A stretch of 63,770 nucleotides of DNA, filler included, from Collodictyon triciliatum (GCA_043381765.1; 6 parts of 6 records of this genome joined end to end with filler, not necessarily neighbours in it), one strand, 5' to 3'. Positions 28,645 through 41,800 are shown, counted from the first letter of the whole stretch. Made by a program: numbers and translations. The notes: a model not told the origin generated them from the sequence alone.

Positions 28645-31600
28645 ATGGCTGAAATGCAGGACAAAGATTGTATGAGTGCGACCTGGTCAAGTTGGAAGCG
28701 AAAGCCTACCGGTATGTCTCTTTCTTTTCTTTCTTGTTGTTTCTACTTGTCAAAATGAGCGAGACTCTGTCTCGTTCAATCGTTCTGGAAAGAAACAATT
28801 CAAATCTTAATGCATATCGAGTGCACAGCGCCTATATTGCTTTTATAATAAAATCCCATTAAAAAAGAAAAAAGAAAAAAGAAAAAAGAAAAAAGAAAAA
28901 GAAAAAAGAAAAAAGAAAAAAGAAAAAAGGAAACAAATCTATCAATTGTAGCAAAGCGAAGCACATCGAGTCCACCGAAATGGTTGAGCGCATCACATCA
29001 GCCCACCTCGAAACACATTTCTTCGCCGAACTCACAAAAACAAACTTTGACTCGTGACAACGAAGTATCTGCGGAATCGTCCTCTGCAAAACAAAATGAT
29101 ACTGCCTTGGATTCACCGCGTAATCTGCCACTGTTTCAGCTTGTCAAAATCATCGGCATTCGCACACAACACCAAAGTTTGGATGCTCTTTCATCACTGC
29201 CATTGCCATTGCCATTGCCATTTGTACCTGCAAGTGTGCCTCTGAATCATATTCCAAGCAAAAGAAACACAACCTCTGGGATGTCCGCTGCTGATATTCC
29301 TTCGATAATGTCTATGGCAAGAAGTCAAAGTATGATCTATTTACTTTTTTTTTCAACTCCAAACTAAGTCCTATTCATTTCTCAAGTATCTGCTTATTAT
29401 TCGTTTTTCGGTTTTCATCTATTTCTTGACTGCCTCATTTTTGAATCTATGATTTATTTAATTTTCAGTTTGCTTTATTTAATGAGGAATTCAATATGCT
29501 GTATTAAAATATATCAATTTCTTACCCGCATAATATGCGCTTTTTTTTTCTTCTTAATATTGAATGGTATATTTCCTCTTTGTGTGTTACATGACTGTCT
29601 TAATTAGGCTCTATCTCTCTGCCACAAACCAACGTGCCAGAACGAAAAGTTCGTGTTATGATTGCTTGTATCAGCGACCATGTTATTCATCGCTACAGTG
29701 CTGTGTATTTATCGAATGGTGAGCTCTATTCGAATATCAACCCTTTGCTGATTTTCCAAAATTCACATATTCTAACTTTATATTGCCTGAACCCTCTCAT
29801 CTTGTTTGATTATCACAAGAAGACCTCTTTTCTGTCTTATCTTTTTGTATAAACATATTTTTTTTATCAGTTTTATGAAGCGCCATCCATTTCAATTTTT
29901 TTAAATATATATGTACTTACGATGTAAAATTCAGATTATCTCATGTTCCGCTTTATTGGTGCCAATGGATTCCCCGTCACTAGACATTTTTCTTGGTTCA
30001 GGGTATTACTTCTTACATGTGCTATTTAACAATATTTTACACCCATAACCATTCCTATTAATACATTATTTGGTATCCATTACTAGAATCAGACCAAAAA
30101 AAAATAAAAAGAAGAAAAGAAAGAAGGGTGTGTGGTTGTTTCGCCTTATCAATTAATGTTAAAATATCAGAATGCATCGAAACGTGTCACCTGCATGAAC
30201 TTTCGACCAGGAGCCGATTGGTTTATGGTCTCGACAGTTGATGGCTCCATATATTTGTTCCCTACTCGGCTGATTTCAAATTACATGACAGCCATCGACG
30301 AAGATGATGAAGTTCCTTACACACAAATTCAACGGAAATCTCAATTCCAGACGCACACTGCTTCACCTGCTAATATCGCCCAAGCAGCTTCGACAACACC
30401 TATTCTATTTAAGACCTCCGTCCGTCCGTATGTCCATTCATCTCCCTCTTTTAATACAGATTTTTGGATTCTTTAAGAAACAAGAAGTTCATGTCCAATT
30501 GCTCCATGAACAAACAATTTGAACCATTTTATTGTTTCTCTTCAATTACTACAATTCGATATGATTTACTAGGAACTATGCACTTACCGACGACGAGAGA
30601 TTGCATGGACAGGCTTTTGGAAATCAGACGATTGAGAAATGGTTCCCACTTCTTCTCTTCCAATATATTATATCCAAACACTCCTATGAATTCCAATCGT
30701 TTGTAGTAACTTTGAAAGAAGTATTAATTTTTCTTTAAAAAGAAAAACGCACTTTTCCCAATTAAAATTCTTTGAAAATACATCACCATGAAGCGAATTC
30801 ATCCATATATCGAGCAAATGTTAAAATCGAAAACACTTCTAAAAAAACTGGTTTATTTTGCTTAGGAAAGTTCCGTCACTTCTCAACTTTTCCAAAACTT
30901 TTCAAGGGCCTGAAAATAGGGTTGATACCATCACAATTTATTTTCATTCTCTTTTCATCATTTGAATAAGTTTGAATAATCCTTTACAAACCAGGCTCAG
31001 AAGAACTTCACTAAATTCTAATACATTCCATTTGCTTCAACAATCGGGTTTCAAATACAGCCACCACGAAGACAAATAATTTGGAATTTATCGGACTTGA
31101 CCCACGTTCCACCATCTTCAGAGAGAACATGGGGGGCTGTGACCTGTTGTTGGTGGAAGACCCAAACTGGGGAAGATTATGGTTTTTTTTATATCTAAAA
31201 TGATCAAATTTATCGTAGAATGAAATCATACCGTAATTTGGGAACTGGCTTTGTTTCGACTCATCAAAGAGAATTCACCGTCTGAATTTTTCTCAACAGG
31301 CATTCTATCTAGTGATGATGGTCATATTGTTCTCGCTTGCCTATCAGTCCAGCTTGAAATTACTCTTTGTGTCCTTGATACCCCCATCACGCAAATGGAC
31401 ATAATCTCTGATCCAAAGTGCAATTATCGAGTTCGTCCATATTTTGTTTATTCGATAGGCCTGATAATTTTTTTTTTTATAAATCAAAAGAACGAATGAG
31501 AGATATGAGATCATTTATATTATCCTCTTTTTTTCATTAAAAAATACCGCGGGATATCTTTATTATATTCAAAAAGAAAAAATAATGCTTATGTGCAACC

Positions 31601-33655
31601 ATTAGTTTAATTTTATTCTCTCTAGTTTCTCCTTATACAATCGGGCCGAGGACTAAATTACCGCCTCTTGTTGGAAGGCGTTATCTGCGGGCGATATGAC
31701 AATATCCTACACAGCCCAACAAAACCTGTCTTTGCTTTGTCTCAGCTACCCAGCTTCGCGCAAGTTTGTCTCTCATATATATCATATAATGGCATCGGGG
31801 CACCTTGACTTTGTGATTTCGGATTTGAATATTAGATTCTCAAACTAATGAAATGCAAATTTTAGAAATGTATCATAACTAAGCAAGAAATTCATAGACA
31901 GCCAGTATTTGGTACATATTGAAATACAATTTATTTTGAAAATATTAATAATATCTGTGCTGTCCAATAAGCTTGGTTACTGGACGGTTAATAAATGTTC
32001 ATAATTTCTTTCCTGCATGAACATGAAAATTGGTAGGCATATTCAACCATAGAGAAGAAAAGCTTGATATTTACGATGAAGACTTTAACAAATTTGCCAT
32101 ATTCTCCTATCGCCTACCCCCAAGTACCGTCGCATATCACTTGACCGAGCGATTCATTTTTGGTATTGTAAAAGGTTAGACTACAATTTTCCAATTGTAC
32201 CTGTAATGGTTTTCATAGTTTATTATTTGCAGAAATCTAGACGTGATGTAAGATATACGCACCATTCGATAATTTGGCGCATGTTGTATGTGTTTGAGTT
32301 TTGTAAATTCAATGTCTCCCTCTAGGAGAAAAAAGAAGTCGATTGGTGGTAATATCAAACATTCTTGCAGGATCATTGGGAGAGCGTGATACCAAGACAG
32401 GTAATATAAGTTCTTAAAAGCATTCTTTTTCTTTCCTTTTTCAACGCTTGTTAGGAATATAAACACTATCTTATTTCATAAATTTAATTACAAGGAAACC
32501 AAACAGGAAGGTCCCAAAACCGTTCGGTCTTACAAGAAATCACACTTCCAGAAGATCAAGTAATTGTTGAAGCATTCGTTTCTCTGTTAAGCACGGCTGT
32601 CAATATTTTTACATCCATTTTATGAGTTTTTCTGCTTTAATATTAGTTGTTCCTCGGGTTCTATCGAATAGCAAAGAAGCCACGAAATAAGTAACGTTAA
32701 ATATGTCCAAAGTCACTTATATTTTACTTTATATAGTAGACCATAAGTAACATTAAAACAGCCATAATGAACCTTCTGAATAATTCAGTTTGAATCCTTA
32801 AAAACAAGCGCTAACATAAAAAAACAGGGAAACTACTCAAGAACGTCTTGTTTTGGATGGTGTATATGTGCTGATGACAGATGGATTATACGAGCTGAAA
32901 CCTCAAGTAATGAGCAGTGTTTTTCTTTCTTTTAGATTTTCAAAACTAGAGCTCGCCTGTTGTATTAATTTCATACTTTTATTTTTGGCTCCTACGGTAT
33001 TCACCTTTTTCATCCATAAGATATGCATCAAGTATTTTTATACTAATTTCCTCATTCAATCATATTTGCAGCGCCTACCTGAGCATGTTTTTCGTAAGCT
33101 TGTGCTGGATGGATTTGATTCCGATGCAGAGCTGTTTGGAAAGTCTGTCGGGGTGAATGCATCTTTTCTAATTGAGGAGTTGGCTGATGACTACTTTTTG
33201 CAGGGAAAAATACCGCGTTCATTACAGTTTTGTTATCTCATCCCATTTTAATTTTCATCAGAAGTAATACAGACGCAATTTTTTAATCATCTTTTTCAGT
33301 ACTCATGCTTGAATTTCCTTTATGGTTAACATCAAAAAATACAATTTTATTTAGGCTATACGAAAGATCGAGCGTTTCGAGCGTAAAGCTTTTGGTCAAG
33401 TTCTTGGAAATAAATCGTGATGAGGATGTCATCGGTGTTCTTAAGAAGTTAATACACGAGCATCGAGGTTCTCTTTTGTTTCTGAACATAGTCTATTCAT
33501 CATGGCCGGTATAAATTATCACCGCCAAACCACATGCTAAGAACTTTTTCTTTTCAATAGAATCAAAGTCTGATAGGAAAAGTCTCTTCCCCGACTTACT
33601 AATCATGATTTACACGTCTCTCATTCTGATGCAGTCTCCTGATTCCATTCAATCG
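28645..33655 (+). CDS. Large uncharacterised protein with N-terminal beta-propeller-like and C-terminal helical regions (3' truncated)
   Basis: Many GT-AG exons. Propeller-like: VTCMNFRPGADWFMVSTVDGSIYLFP, GILSSDDGHIVLACL, LDGVYVLMTDGLYELKP. Helical: AELFGKSVGVNASFLIEELADDYF, RLYERSSVSSVKLLVKFL. Start uncertain. Confidence 0.6.
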
Positions 33656-33700
33656 GTATGTCATCCTAAATTTCAGTCTCCTAGATGTTCTTCCTTTGTA

Positions 33701-33703
33701 ATA

Positions 33704-33786
<83 letters not shown>

Positions 33787-33787
33787 A
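33701..33787. repeat. (AAAT)n microsatellite at contig end
   Basis: Perfect tetranucleotide repeat. Confidence 0.95.
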
Positions 33788-33887
33788 NNNNNNNNNNNNN
33801 NNNNNNNNNNNNNNNNNNNNNNNNNNNNNNNTTAATTAATTAANNNNNNNNNNNNNNNNNNNNNNNNNNNNNNNNNNNNNNNNNNNN
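33788..33887. other. Artificial contig spacer
   Basis: TTAATTAATTAA at 33832-33843. Confidence 0.97.
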
Positions 33888-34133
33888 AAGTCCTTCCAAA
33901 TCACAGCTCTATAAAGCATAATATCACCAATAGGGAGCTATGGATAGGCACACGCGCGGCAAAAGCTGGCAAAGTCTCCCAACAATTCACACTTTGCAGC
34001 AACGGTGATGAATCCATTGAGCACACATATGCGCAACGTCCCTTCGCTCGAAACCTGCGCGAAACAGCCGGTGAGATTCTTCGACTGACACTCAAGACGG
34101 CTGCGGCTGTTTGTCCAATCCAGGCGATTTTTT
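33888..34133 (+). mobile_element. Decayed non-LTR retrotransposon fragment, family A (zf-RVT region)
   Basis: Close reverse-complement copy of about 39026-39268. NITNRELWIGTRAAK...DESIEHT is present, with the Cys codons mutated. Confidence 0.88.
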
Positions 34134-34139
34134 TGGTTT

Positions 34140-35745
34140 CTTTTCAACAGTTTATTGAGAGAAAACAAAGCCGAGGTAACCGCCTTCGCCTCTAGGACAA
34201 GCAATGAGCTGTGGACGAGACAGTGGAAAACCCCGGATTGTGTGGTTGGAGATTTTGTGTTTTGGGTGGAAAGAAAATAGAAAGGAGAGAAAAGGTTCTC
34301 ACATGCAGACTATTCTACCCGACGTGAATCAGCTCCAACGCGATTTCTGGTTGTATTTGAGACTGACAGAAGAGCGGATAAAGTTGTCGGGTTGATGAAA
34401 GTACACACATGGCAGTTACTTCTCAAATCGATTCCGACTAGTCCTTTCAACCGTCTATCTCAGACAGGGTTTACATCCTATTTCATTCCACTGGGTGAGT
34501 CTTTTGAGTGGACAACGGGTCACTTTCCTTGCGTTTCTTGCTGAGCGACTCAGGCAGAAAGCGATACATCGTTGTTTGTCTGGAATTATCGGAAGTGGCG
34601 CTTGACCGTCCCCTGGTTTCGGGACCATGCGTAGCCGGCAGTGAACTTTGCTTAATCGGAGTATGAATACGCGTTTGCGGTTTTAGTAACATACGCTCCT
34701 GCTTGCTCGGACTTTCTTTGGTGTGTGAAGTTCCAAGCTTGGATTCGATTTGTGCTGTTTGTTCTTGCTCCTTGGTTCTCGGTGCGACGGGCTGGGGCAG
34801 GTTAAACGGACTATCTTTGGTGGGCGCTGGTTCTTATGTTGCCTTCGCTTTGGAGTATCCTTTTCAGATATGTAACGAAGACTGCCTTGAGGCCTCCTTT
34901 GTTTAACCATATTCACGTCAGTCTGAATGGGTAGTTAAAGGATTTTTTTGTTTCGGGGTTTGGAGATGGGGTGCTCTTGGGTCTTGCGATGTGCGGGCTT
35001 GTCCAGTATTGGCGGTGGAGGGCTCGAGTGCGAGGATTCTGAAGAGGAACCGAGATTTCCTTCCATATTGTCGTCGCTGTCGCTGTATGCGCGTATCTGC
35101 TGTGAGTCTTGCGGGCTCAGTTGTTTCCTGGCCTTGGCTTCCTTGACCCCGTTGCTGCTTGTCTGCTTGGCAATTGCATTCTTTTGCGGGGCTTTTACTT
35201 GTCGTTCGTTGTTCGCGGCTGGCGGACGCTCTTCGTGGATGCACTTTGGACATTTTTTTCCCGTGACCGTAAACTTTGCAGGGGGCTGGTTCTTGTGACA
35301 AAGAAGCTTCACTATGGCCGTGTCTGTGAAGAAGCATTTGTCATTTTTATATCTCCACGTGGGTCGGTCTGAACGGCTTCAGCTCCTCGCGAAGGAGTTG
35401 CGGCCACACGTCCAGCGGTAGTTGGTAGAGCATCACCGAGGTCTCTGTTGGTTTACTTCTGCTGAAGCTGCTCATAATATCACTCAAACTTACCTGCATC
35501 AGCTCTAGAAGCTTTCGGGCGTTTTCTGAATTGCAGAAGGCAATCAGGCAAAGGTCTTTGCTGTCCGGTAAGCGCAATTGGATGGACTCTTCCCAAAGTT
35601 TGTTCGCTTTCAAGAAGGAGGCGAGTGCATCTGTGAGTCTGCGGGCCTTGTTCTTGTTATAAACGACTTGCTCGACATCATGCAAAAATACTTTCCGCTC
35701 AGACAGACTTGCAGGCGGCTTCCTTGCATGTATCTTCGTGGATTT
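34140..35745 (-). mobile_element. Decayed ORF1/gag-like reading frame of a retroelement, with putative 3' UTR
   Basis: GC-richer, intronless, broken into consecutive ORFs (35347-35685, 34935-35312, 34683-34916, 34483-34692). It has an RRM-like 'VMLYQLPLDVWPQLLREELKPF' segment then a basic disordered tail, and lies among LINE remnants. Confidence 0.45.
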
Positions 35746-35794
35746 GCATGCTACTTGGGGGTTTCCGTACTGGAATAGGAAACAAATAACCGTA

Positions 35795-36200
35795 CCCTAC
35801 CGCTCAATATCTCCAACAGAGCTGTGGATAGGTTTGCGCGTAGTCCATGCAGCAACGACCTCTCCAGAATGCACAATATGCCATAGTGGAGACGACTCTA
35901 TCGAACACACATTTGTGAAGTGCTCTCTTGCTCAAAAAGTGACATAGTCTACCCAAAAGTTGCTCTCTGAGCTTGATTATCCTCCCAAACGACTCAACGC
36001 ATCCGACATCCTGTTTGGCCCACAATGATAAATGACCCACGACTCTAGAATACTCTAGACAGTCACAAGGGGACATATGCTGTGGTCCTTATTGAGTTTG
36101 CGTGCATTATCTCGCTCTAATGATTCACCCGAACGAGAAATCAATGTATCCAGGCTTGAAAGCCTCGTGCAATATATCTTCCCTAAAAAAATTTGCTGAA
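35795..36200 (+). mobile_element. Decayed non-LTR retrotransposon 3' fragment, family B (zf-RVT)
   Basis: ELWIGLRVVHAATTSPECTICHSGDDSIEHTFVKCSLAQKV followed by stops; nucleotide paralog of about 41100-41500. Confidence 0.88.
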
Positions 36201-36558
36201 ATATGCCCATATTGTATATTATCAACGGCAAGTTCAGGAATGTGGGAATATACCGTGAAATATATTAGACATTCAATACGATTTAAACCTAGGAATACAA
36301 CAACTTTGTATTAAATACATTTCCTCGTCCTTATTTTATATAAAAACTAAAAAAAATACCACTTCGTATGTGGCATCCTATATTCGCTGTATTTTTCTGG
36401 TGTCATATAATTTGGATTTGAAGTAGATTTTCCAACATTAAATTTCGTAAGATGCTTGACTCATGCTTTATTGATCCACTTAATAACTTTATTAAGATGG
36501 AATTTTGTTGGACGCACAATCTCTCTTGTCTGATCCTGATGATAATGGAATTGCAAAT

Positions 36559-37983
36559 TTATTCATTTTCTTGTTTTGAATTTAGAAGGTTTATCATTAT
36601 TGTAACATACTTTAATACTTTGTCTACATCAAAATAATTGCGATCCCCCAACAATCCATAATACGGGAATTCTAACAATCTTGATAATGTTGCATAGCAT
36701 ATTACTACACCACCAGGTCTATCAGGAGATATTGGAGAGGCATCGTGTATTTCAATTACACCTGTGTATTTAGAGAATAACATGTTCACTAATCCTGCTC
36801 CATGATGACCGATAATTACTTTGGCTGACCGAAATAGCTTGATTGTTTCTTCCATTTTCATTTCGTCATATTTAACAACCAGATATTCAGGCTCGTATAC
36901 TTTCTTTAAAGCCATGACCATGTCATCTGTGTTAAAAACAGCTCTAGATTTTTTCCTATGTATAACAATCAGAGTATTTTGATTACCCTGCTGCAGGTTT
37001 GGAGGAACTTGTGCACTCGGATTTTGGATTAAAGTTTGGACGTTATTATTATAGGCCAAATCAAGGTGCTGCCTCAATAATTTTAACTCAGGTAATTGTG
37101 GAATAGCGCAGTGGGGAATTGTGGGTATTATGACCTCTCTGAAGACATAGCGGCACGACTTGAACCTATCAATGTCAATTATTCTACTTTTCTCTATTCC
37201 CATTATTTTAATGGCAAATTTTATGAAATCTGCCAAAGGTTCAATTAGAACCTTTATTTTTGAATCTTCTCTCAATTCTTTCGGTAATATGAACCAATGT
37301 GGAATGGTTTCGGTCCAAAAATGGTAATACGCTATATATCCATACTTACCTATGGGTAAAACAATAACTCTATCGTTGTGAGTTACATTTTTAGTTTTCC
37401 ACTGGCATTCAGAAGTTGGTATCGAAACTTTCAAGTTAGTCTTCTTACCCAAGTATTAAAGGTATTGCAACCTCCAGAAAAAATAAAATTGCCATCTGCT
37501 ATAAGTAATTCATGATTATGGGCCATTACACTGGCATTTATCCCTAGAGATATCCAATATTCTCCAACAGTGCTTAGGAGAGGATAATTGTTTCCTTTGT
37601 AAAGTCCCAGACCATTATTTTTAACGTCTTCGTAAGGTAGTTTCAGATGGCTCCAATACGGCTGCAAGTCACGTTCAATCACGTGTGTCGTAGAATTAAA
37701 AAAATACAGCCCAAGGTACTTAGGTAGTAAGTGAATACCTTCAAATTTCAATGACCCACTACAAATTGTCTGGCCATCGACATATTCCTAAGAAAAATGC
37801 AGACGTTACCATTTGATCGAGTATTATCGGTTAAGGAGACGTCGGTAACTATACCTTGACAGAAATCTCAGAATTTTTTCCGTCAGAAAAATCTAATTTA
37901 AACTTGTTCTTATAGCAGTAGGCATCCAAGGATGAATTAACTAAAAACAATATTTGAAGAATAGACCAGCCTTTCATTACCAT
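36559..37983 (-). pseudogene. Glycosyltransferase family 61 / DUF563-like protein with a 1-nt frameshift near 37455
   Basis: Signal-peptide exon MVMKGWSILQILFLVNSSLDAYC..., intron 37788-37854, then YYHFWTETIP and IIGHHGAGLVNMLFS...VIEI. The frame breaks at FSGGCNTFNT/LGKKTN. Could be a sequencing error rather than a true pseudogene. Confidence 0.7.
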
Positions 37984-38749
37984 ACAATGCCAGGTATAAT
38001 GTCTAAACGGAATATAGAAGGGATATTAAGAATATCGCGATATGCAGACCATTTTTCTGGTTATTTCAAAGCCCACTTGAATTTATAATACTTCCCTCTA
38101 TGTCAACATAATCTAAATGAGTTGATGAGTTCCATTTAGAAAAAAGTCTGAAAAACTTGACTACTTGATAGTAACCATAATTTCATATACTTGTTGATGG
38201 CACGAATGTAATTGACTCGCAGAGATCTACGATTCGACATGTACTCGACAATTTTGAATATATTAAACTCTAAGTACGATCTTCAGGGCGTCTGGTATGC
38301 CTTTACTGGAAAGTTCCATATCTCTCGCGGGGTGAGGCCGCGTTTAAAAATAATCTCCAAGTATATATATGTCATAATATTTCCGAAATATCAGAATATC
38401 TGAATTTGAGGAGAGAAGGATGGCTGTTTGTTCATTCGACCTCGGAGAAATTGGCCATGAATCGAATCCAGGTCAGAACTCCCTATAATTACATTTATTG
38501 AGAGTCATGTTGTAACAACTGGACACCCAAGTGCGTCCTTGGAAACTTTGATCTAATTCTAAGACCCATCTCGGAATTCTCCAAGTATGTTCTTAGAATC
38601 AGTCCAAATAACCACCGTGGACCGCTCCAGGAACGTTCTCAGAAACCTCCCCTGAACCCTATGTTCAGACGATATTTAACGAGTCCGTCGACTCTTTAAT
38701 AGATTGAGAATCATAAAGCAAGCCTATGGCAGAATAAAAGGACATCCCC

Positions 38750-40765
38750 TTACACAAGGCGAAGTTGAATATCTTTCTCAGCCTCTTTCCACATTTCTCT
38801 TTTCACGGGGTCGGAGTAGTAGAGAACGTGCAGGTGGCGAAGGAAGCTATCGAGGAAAGAGATTTGTATGATGTCATCCAGTCTATTATTAGGAATGTGT
38901 GGCTGGTTGTTGAGTCTAGCTTTGCGTGAGTATATGCGTGCTATCCACATAGTCCATAGCAAATGGCATCGCGTCACTGCCCAGGGTGTTTTTGCATCTG
39001 GACGCAGCTGTTGCAGACGCCCAAATATCGCCTGGATTGGACAAACAGCAGCAGCCGTCTTGAGTGTCAGTCGAAGAATCTCACCGGCTGTTTCGCGCAG
39101 GTTTTGAGCGAAGGGACATTGCACAAATGTGTGCTCAATGGATTCATCACCGTTGCTGCAAAGTGTGCATTGTTGGGAGACTTTGCCAGCTTTTGCCGCG
39201 CGTGTGCCTATCCATAGCTCCCTATTGGTGATATTAAGCATTAGAGAGCGGTGATTTGGATGGACTTGCGGGGTTCGTGCTTGTATCCAGCTCGCGGTGA
39301 GCGGGGTGTAGGTGATGCCCAGTGTTTCTCCCCATCGTTGATGTTTTGAATTTCTGTAAGGTGTCGGCGGCGATATTTTGTATCGAAAGAATTTGGAGTA
39401 GGCCATAGCCATCGAGAACTGNNNNNNNNNNNNNNNNNNNNNNNNNNNNNNNNNNNNNNNNNNNNNNNNNNNNNNNNNNNNNNNNNNNNNNNNNNNNNNN
39501 NNNNNNNNNNNNNNNNNNNNNNNNNNNNNNNNNNNNNNNNNNNNNNNNNNNNNNNNNNNNNNNNNNNNNNNNNNNNNNNNNNNNNNNNNNNNNNNNNNNN
39601 NNNNNNNNNNNNNNNNNNNNNNNNNNNNNNNNNNNNNNNNNNNNNNNNNNNNNNNNNNNNNNNNNNNNNNNNNNNNNNNNNNNNNNNNNNNNNNNNNNNN
39701 NNNNNNNNNNNNNNNNNNNNNNNNNNNNNNNNNNNNNNNNNNNNNNNNNNNNNNNNNNNNNNNNNNNNNNNNNNNNNNNNNNNNNNNNNNNNNNNNNNNN
39801 NNNNNNNNNNNNNNNNNNNNNNNNNNNNNNNNNNNNNNNNNNNNNNNNNNNNNNNNNNNNNNNNNNNNNNNNNNNNNNNNNNNNNNNNNNNNNNNNNNNN
39901 NNNNNNNNNNNNNNNNNNNNNNNNNNNNNNNNNNNNNNNNNNNNNNNNNNNNNNNNNNNNNNNNNNNNNNNNNNNNNNNNNNNNNNNNNNNNNNNNNNNN
40001 NNNNNNNNNNNNATGCTTTTGAGGTAGGTGAGAGCCCTTCATGTTGTGGATGAGGGTCGATAGCATGAGTTGGTTCCATAGCCTCGCTTTTCCGATGTCT
40101 GAAAGATGGAATCTTTTCCAAGAGGCGATTATGGACTTGATATTGTTGACCAGCTTGTCCCACTTTTCTGTGCAGCCGCTCCCAAACATTATACCCAGGT
40201 ATCTGAGTGCGTGGTTTGGGTATTTCCAGTCGATGTTTTCTGGTAGGATTCCACCATCCTGTAGGCCGAATAGGATACCGTCTGTTTTGTTGAAGTTTAT
40301 TTTACCTCCGACTGCAAGTGTGTATTCTTGCATACACTTATTTGCCAGGATAGCGCCTTCAGGGTAGCGAAGGATGAAGGCTATATCGTCGGCATATTGC
40401 AGTAGGAACTGGTTGCGGATTTTGTTGTTGTTTCTGAAGTGGATTGCAAGGCAGTCGGCGACAAAGTTAAAGAGAAGCGGCGCCAGAGGGCATTCTTGAT
40501 AGACGCCGCTTTGTCTCTGGATTATGTCGGTAGGGCTGTGCGCAGTCAGAACCCTAGTTGCGGCGTTGTCGTGTAGCTTCTTGATAGGTGTTTTAAATTT
40601 CGAGCAGAATCCTCGATTTTATAGGATGATTTCTAGGGCTTCATGGTTCACATAGTCATATGCTTTCTCAAGGTCGTAGAATATCATGATGCGTGGGTCT
40701 TTGGAGACTTGATATTCCATGTATTCCTTGTTCACGAGCCATACATTCGTGTCAATTTTCCTAAC
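38750..40765 (-). mobile_element. 5'-truncated non-LTR retrotransposon ORF2 (reverse transcriptase + zf-RVT), family A, L1/Tx1-like
   Basis: YDLEKAYDYVNH, SGVYQECPLAPLLFN, LQYADD, GGKINFNKT, RYLGI, CTLCSNGDESIEHTFVQC. In-frame TAA near 40620; internal N gap 39422-40012. Confidence 0.92.
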
Positions 40766-40989
40766 AATCCTGTGTATTCTGATATAGAATAGTCAATCTG
40801 AATATTCTCGAACCTAAAGGTATCATAATGATTAGCCATGAATTCAGCTTACGTGACCTGGTAGCCTGCACCTTCAACAGACACGAATCATTACTTTCAA
40901 ACAATATGCGAACTAATTCGAGCTTCAAATTACATCTTAATCTTTTCCTTTCCTTGGATTGAACTAGTGAAAATCATCAACCAGAATCC

Positions 40990-41800
40990 CTTTCAAACCG
41001 GAGAAGATGAGCCGTTCGGCCGAAAATATAGGCATTATAGACCCGCCGATAGTCAGAAGCTGGAAGGAAGCCCGTATACCTCAGCTACTCCCGAAACACC
41101 ACGCCCTACTTCTCAATATCTCCAACAGAGAGCTGTGGATAGGTGCGCGCGTAGTCCATGCAGCAACGATCTCTCCAGAATGCACCATGTGCCATAGTGG
41201 AGATGACTCTATCGAACACACATTGGTTAAGTGCTCTCTTGCTCAAAAAGTGACAGAGTCTACCCACAAGATGCTCTCTGAGCTTGATTATGCTCCCAAC
41301 CGACTCAGCGCATCTGACATCCTGTTTGGCGCACAATACCAAAAGACCCACGACTCTAGAATACTCTGGACAGTCAAAAGGAGACATACACTTGTGTTTT
41401 TGGAGTGTGCGTGTATTCTCTCGCTCTAATGATTCACCCGAACGAGAAATCAATGTATCCAGGCTGGAAAGCTTCATGCATTACATCTTCCTGAACAGCC
41501 TGCTGAAACACGCTCGCATTCTTCGCTACTCTGACCGCAAGCGAGGAGAGATGTGGGAATGTGTCGTGCAATATCTCCCACAACACTTACAAATTCTGTT
41601 TTCCCGCACAACCAATCAGCCAGTTGAGTCGCCCACCTGACCAACTCGCTATCACTGATTTCTTTTCAGTGCTACCCTTTCCACAGTAGTGTCTTCTCTT
41701 ACTCACTTGAGTTTGCTCTCTACCTATGCGCTCCCATCTCGCCCCGTTGTATGGCATAACCTCGCTGCGTTTTGAAGCGAGTGAAGGAAAAATAAAACTA
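40990..41800 (+). mobile_element. Non-LTR retrotransposon 3' end, family B (zf-RVT, ORF end, 3' UTR with AATAAA)
   Basis: SWKEARIPQLLPKHHALLLNISNRELWIG...CTMCHSGDDSIEHTLVKC. Frameshift near 41390, ORF ends at 41640, AATAAA near 41790. Confidence 0.88.

Noticed and set aside
37429-37449. Tiny 21-nt intron (GTAAG..ACTAAC..AAG) rescuing the GT61 frameshift
   Set aside because: The length is a multiple of 3, so it keeps the wrong frame, which stops shortly afterwards.
40615-40625. In-frame TAA in the RT as evidence of stop-codon reassignment
   Set aside because: Host genes end in TAA, TAG and TGA and have no internal stops in conserved exons; the element is simply decayed.
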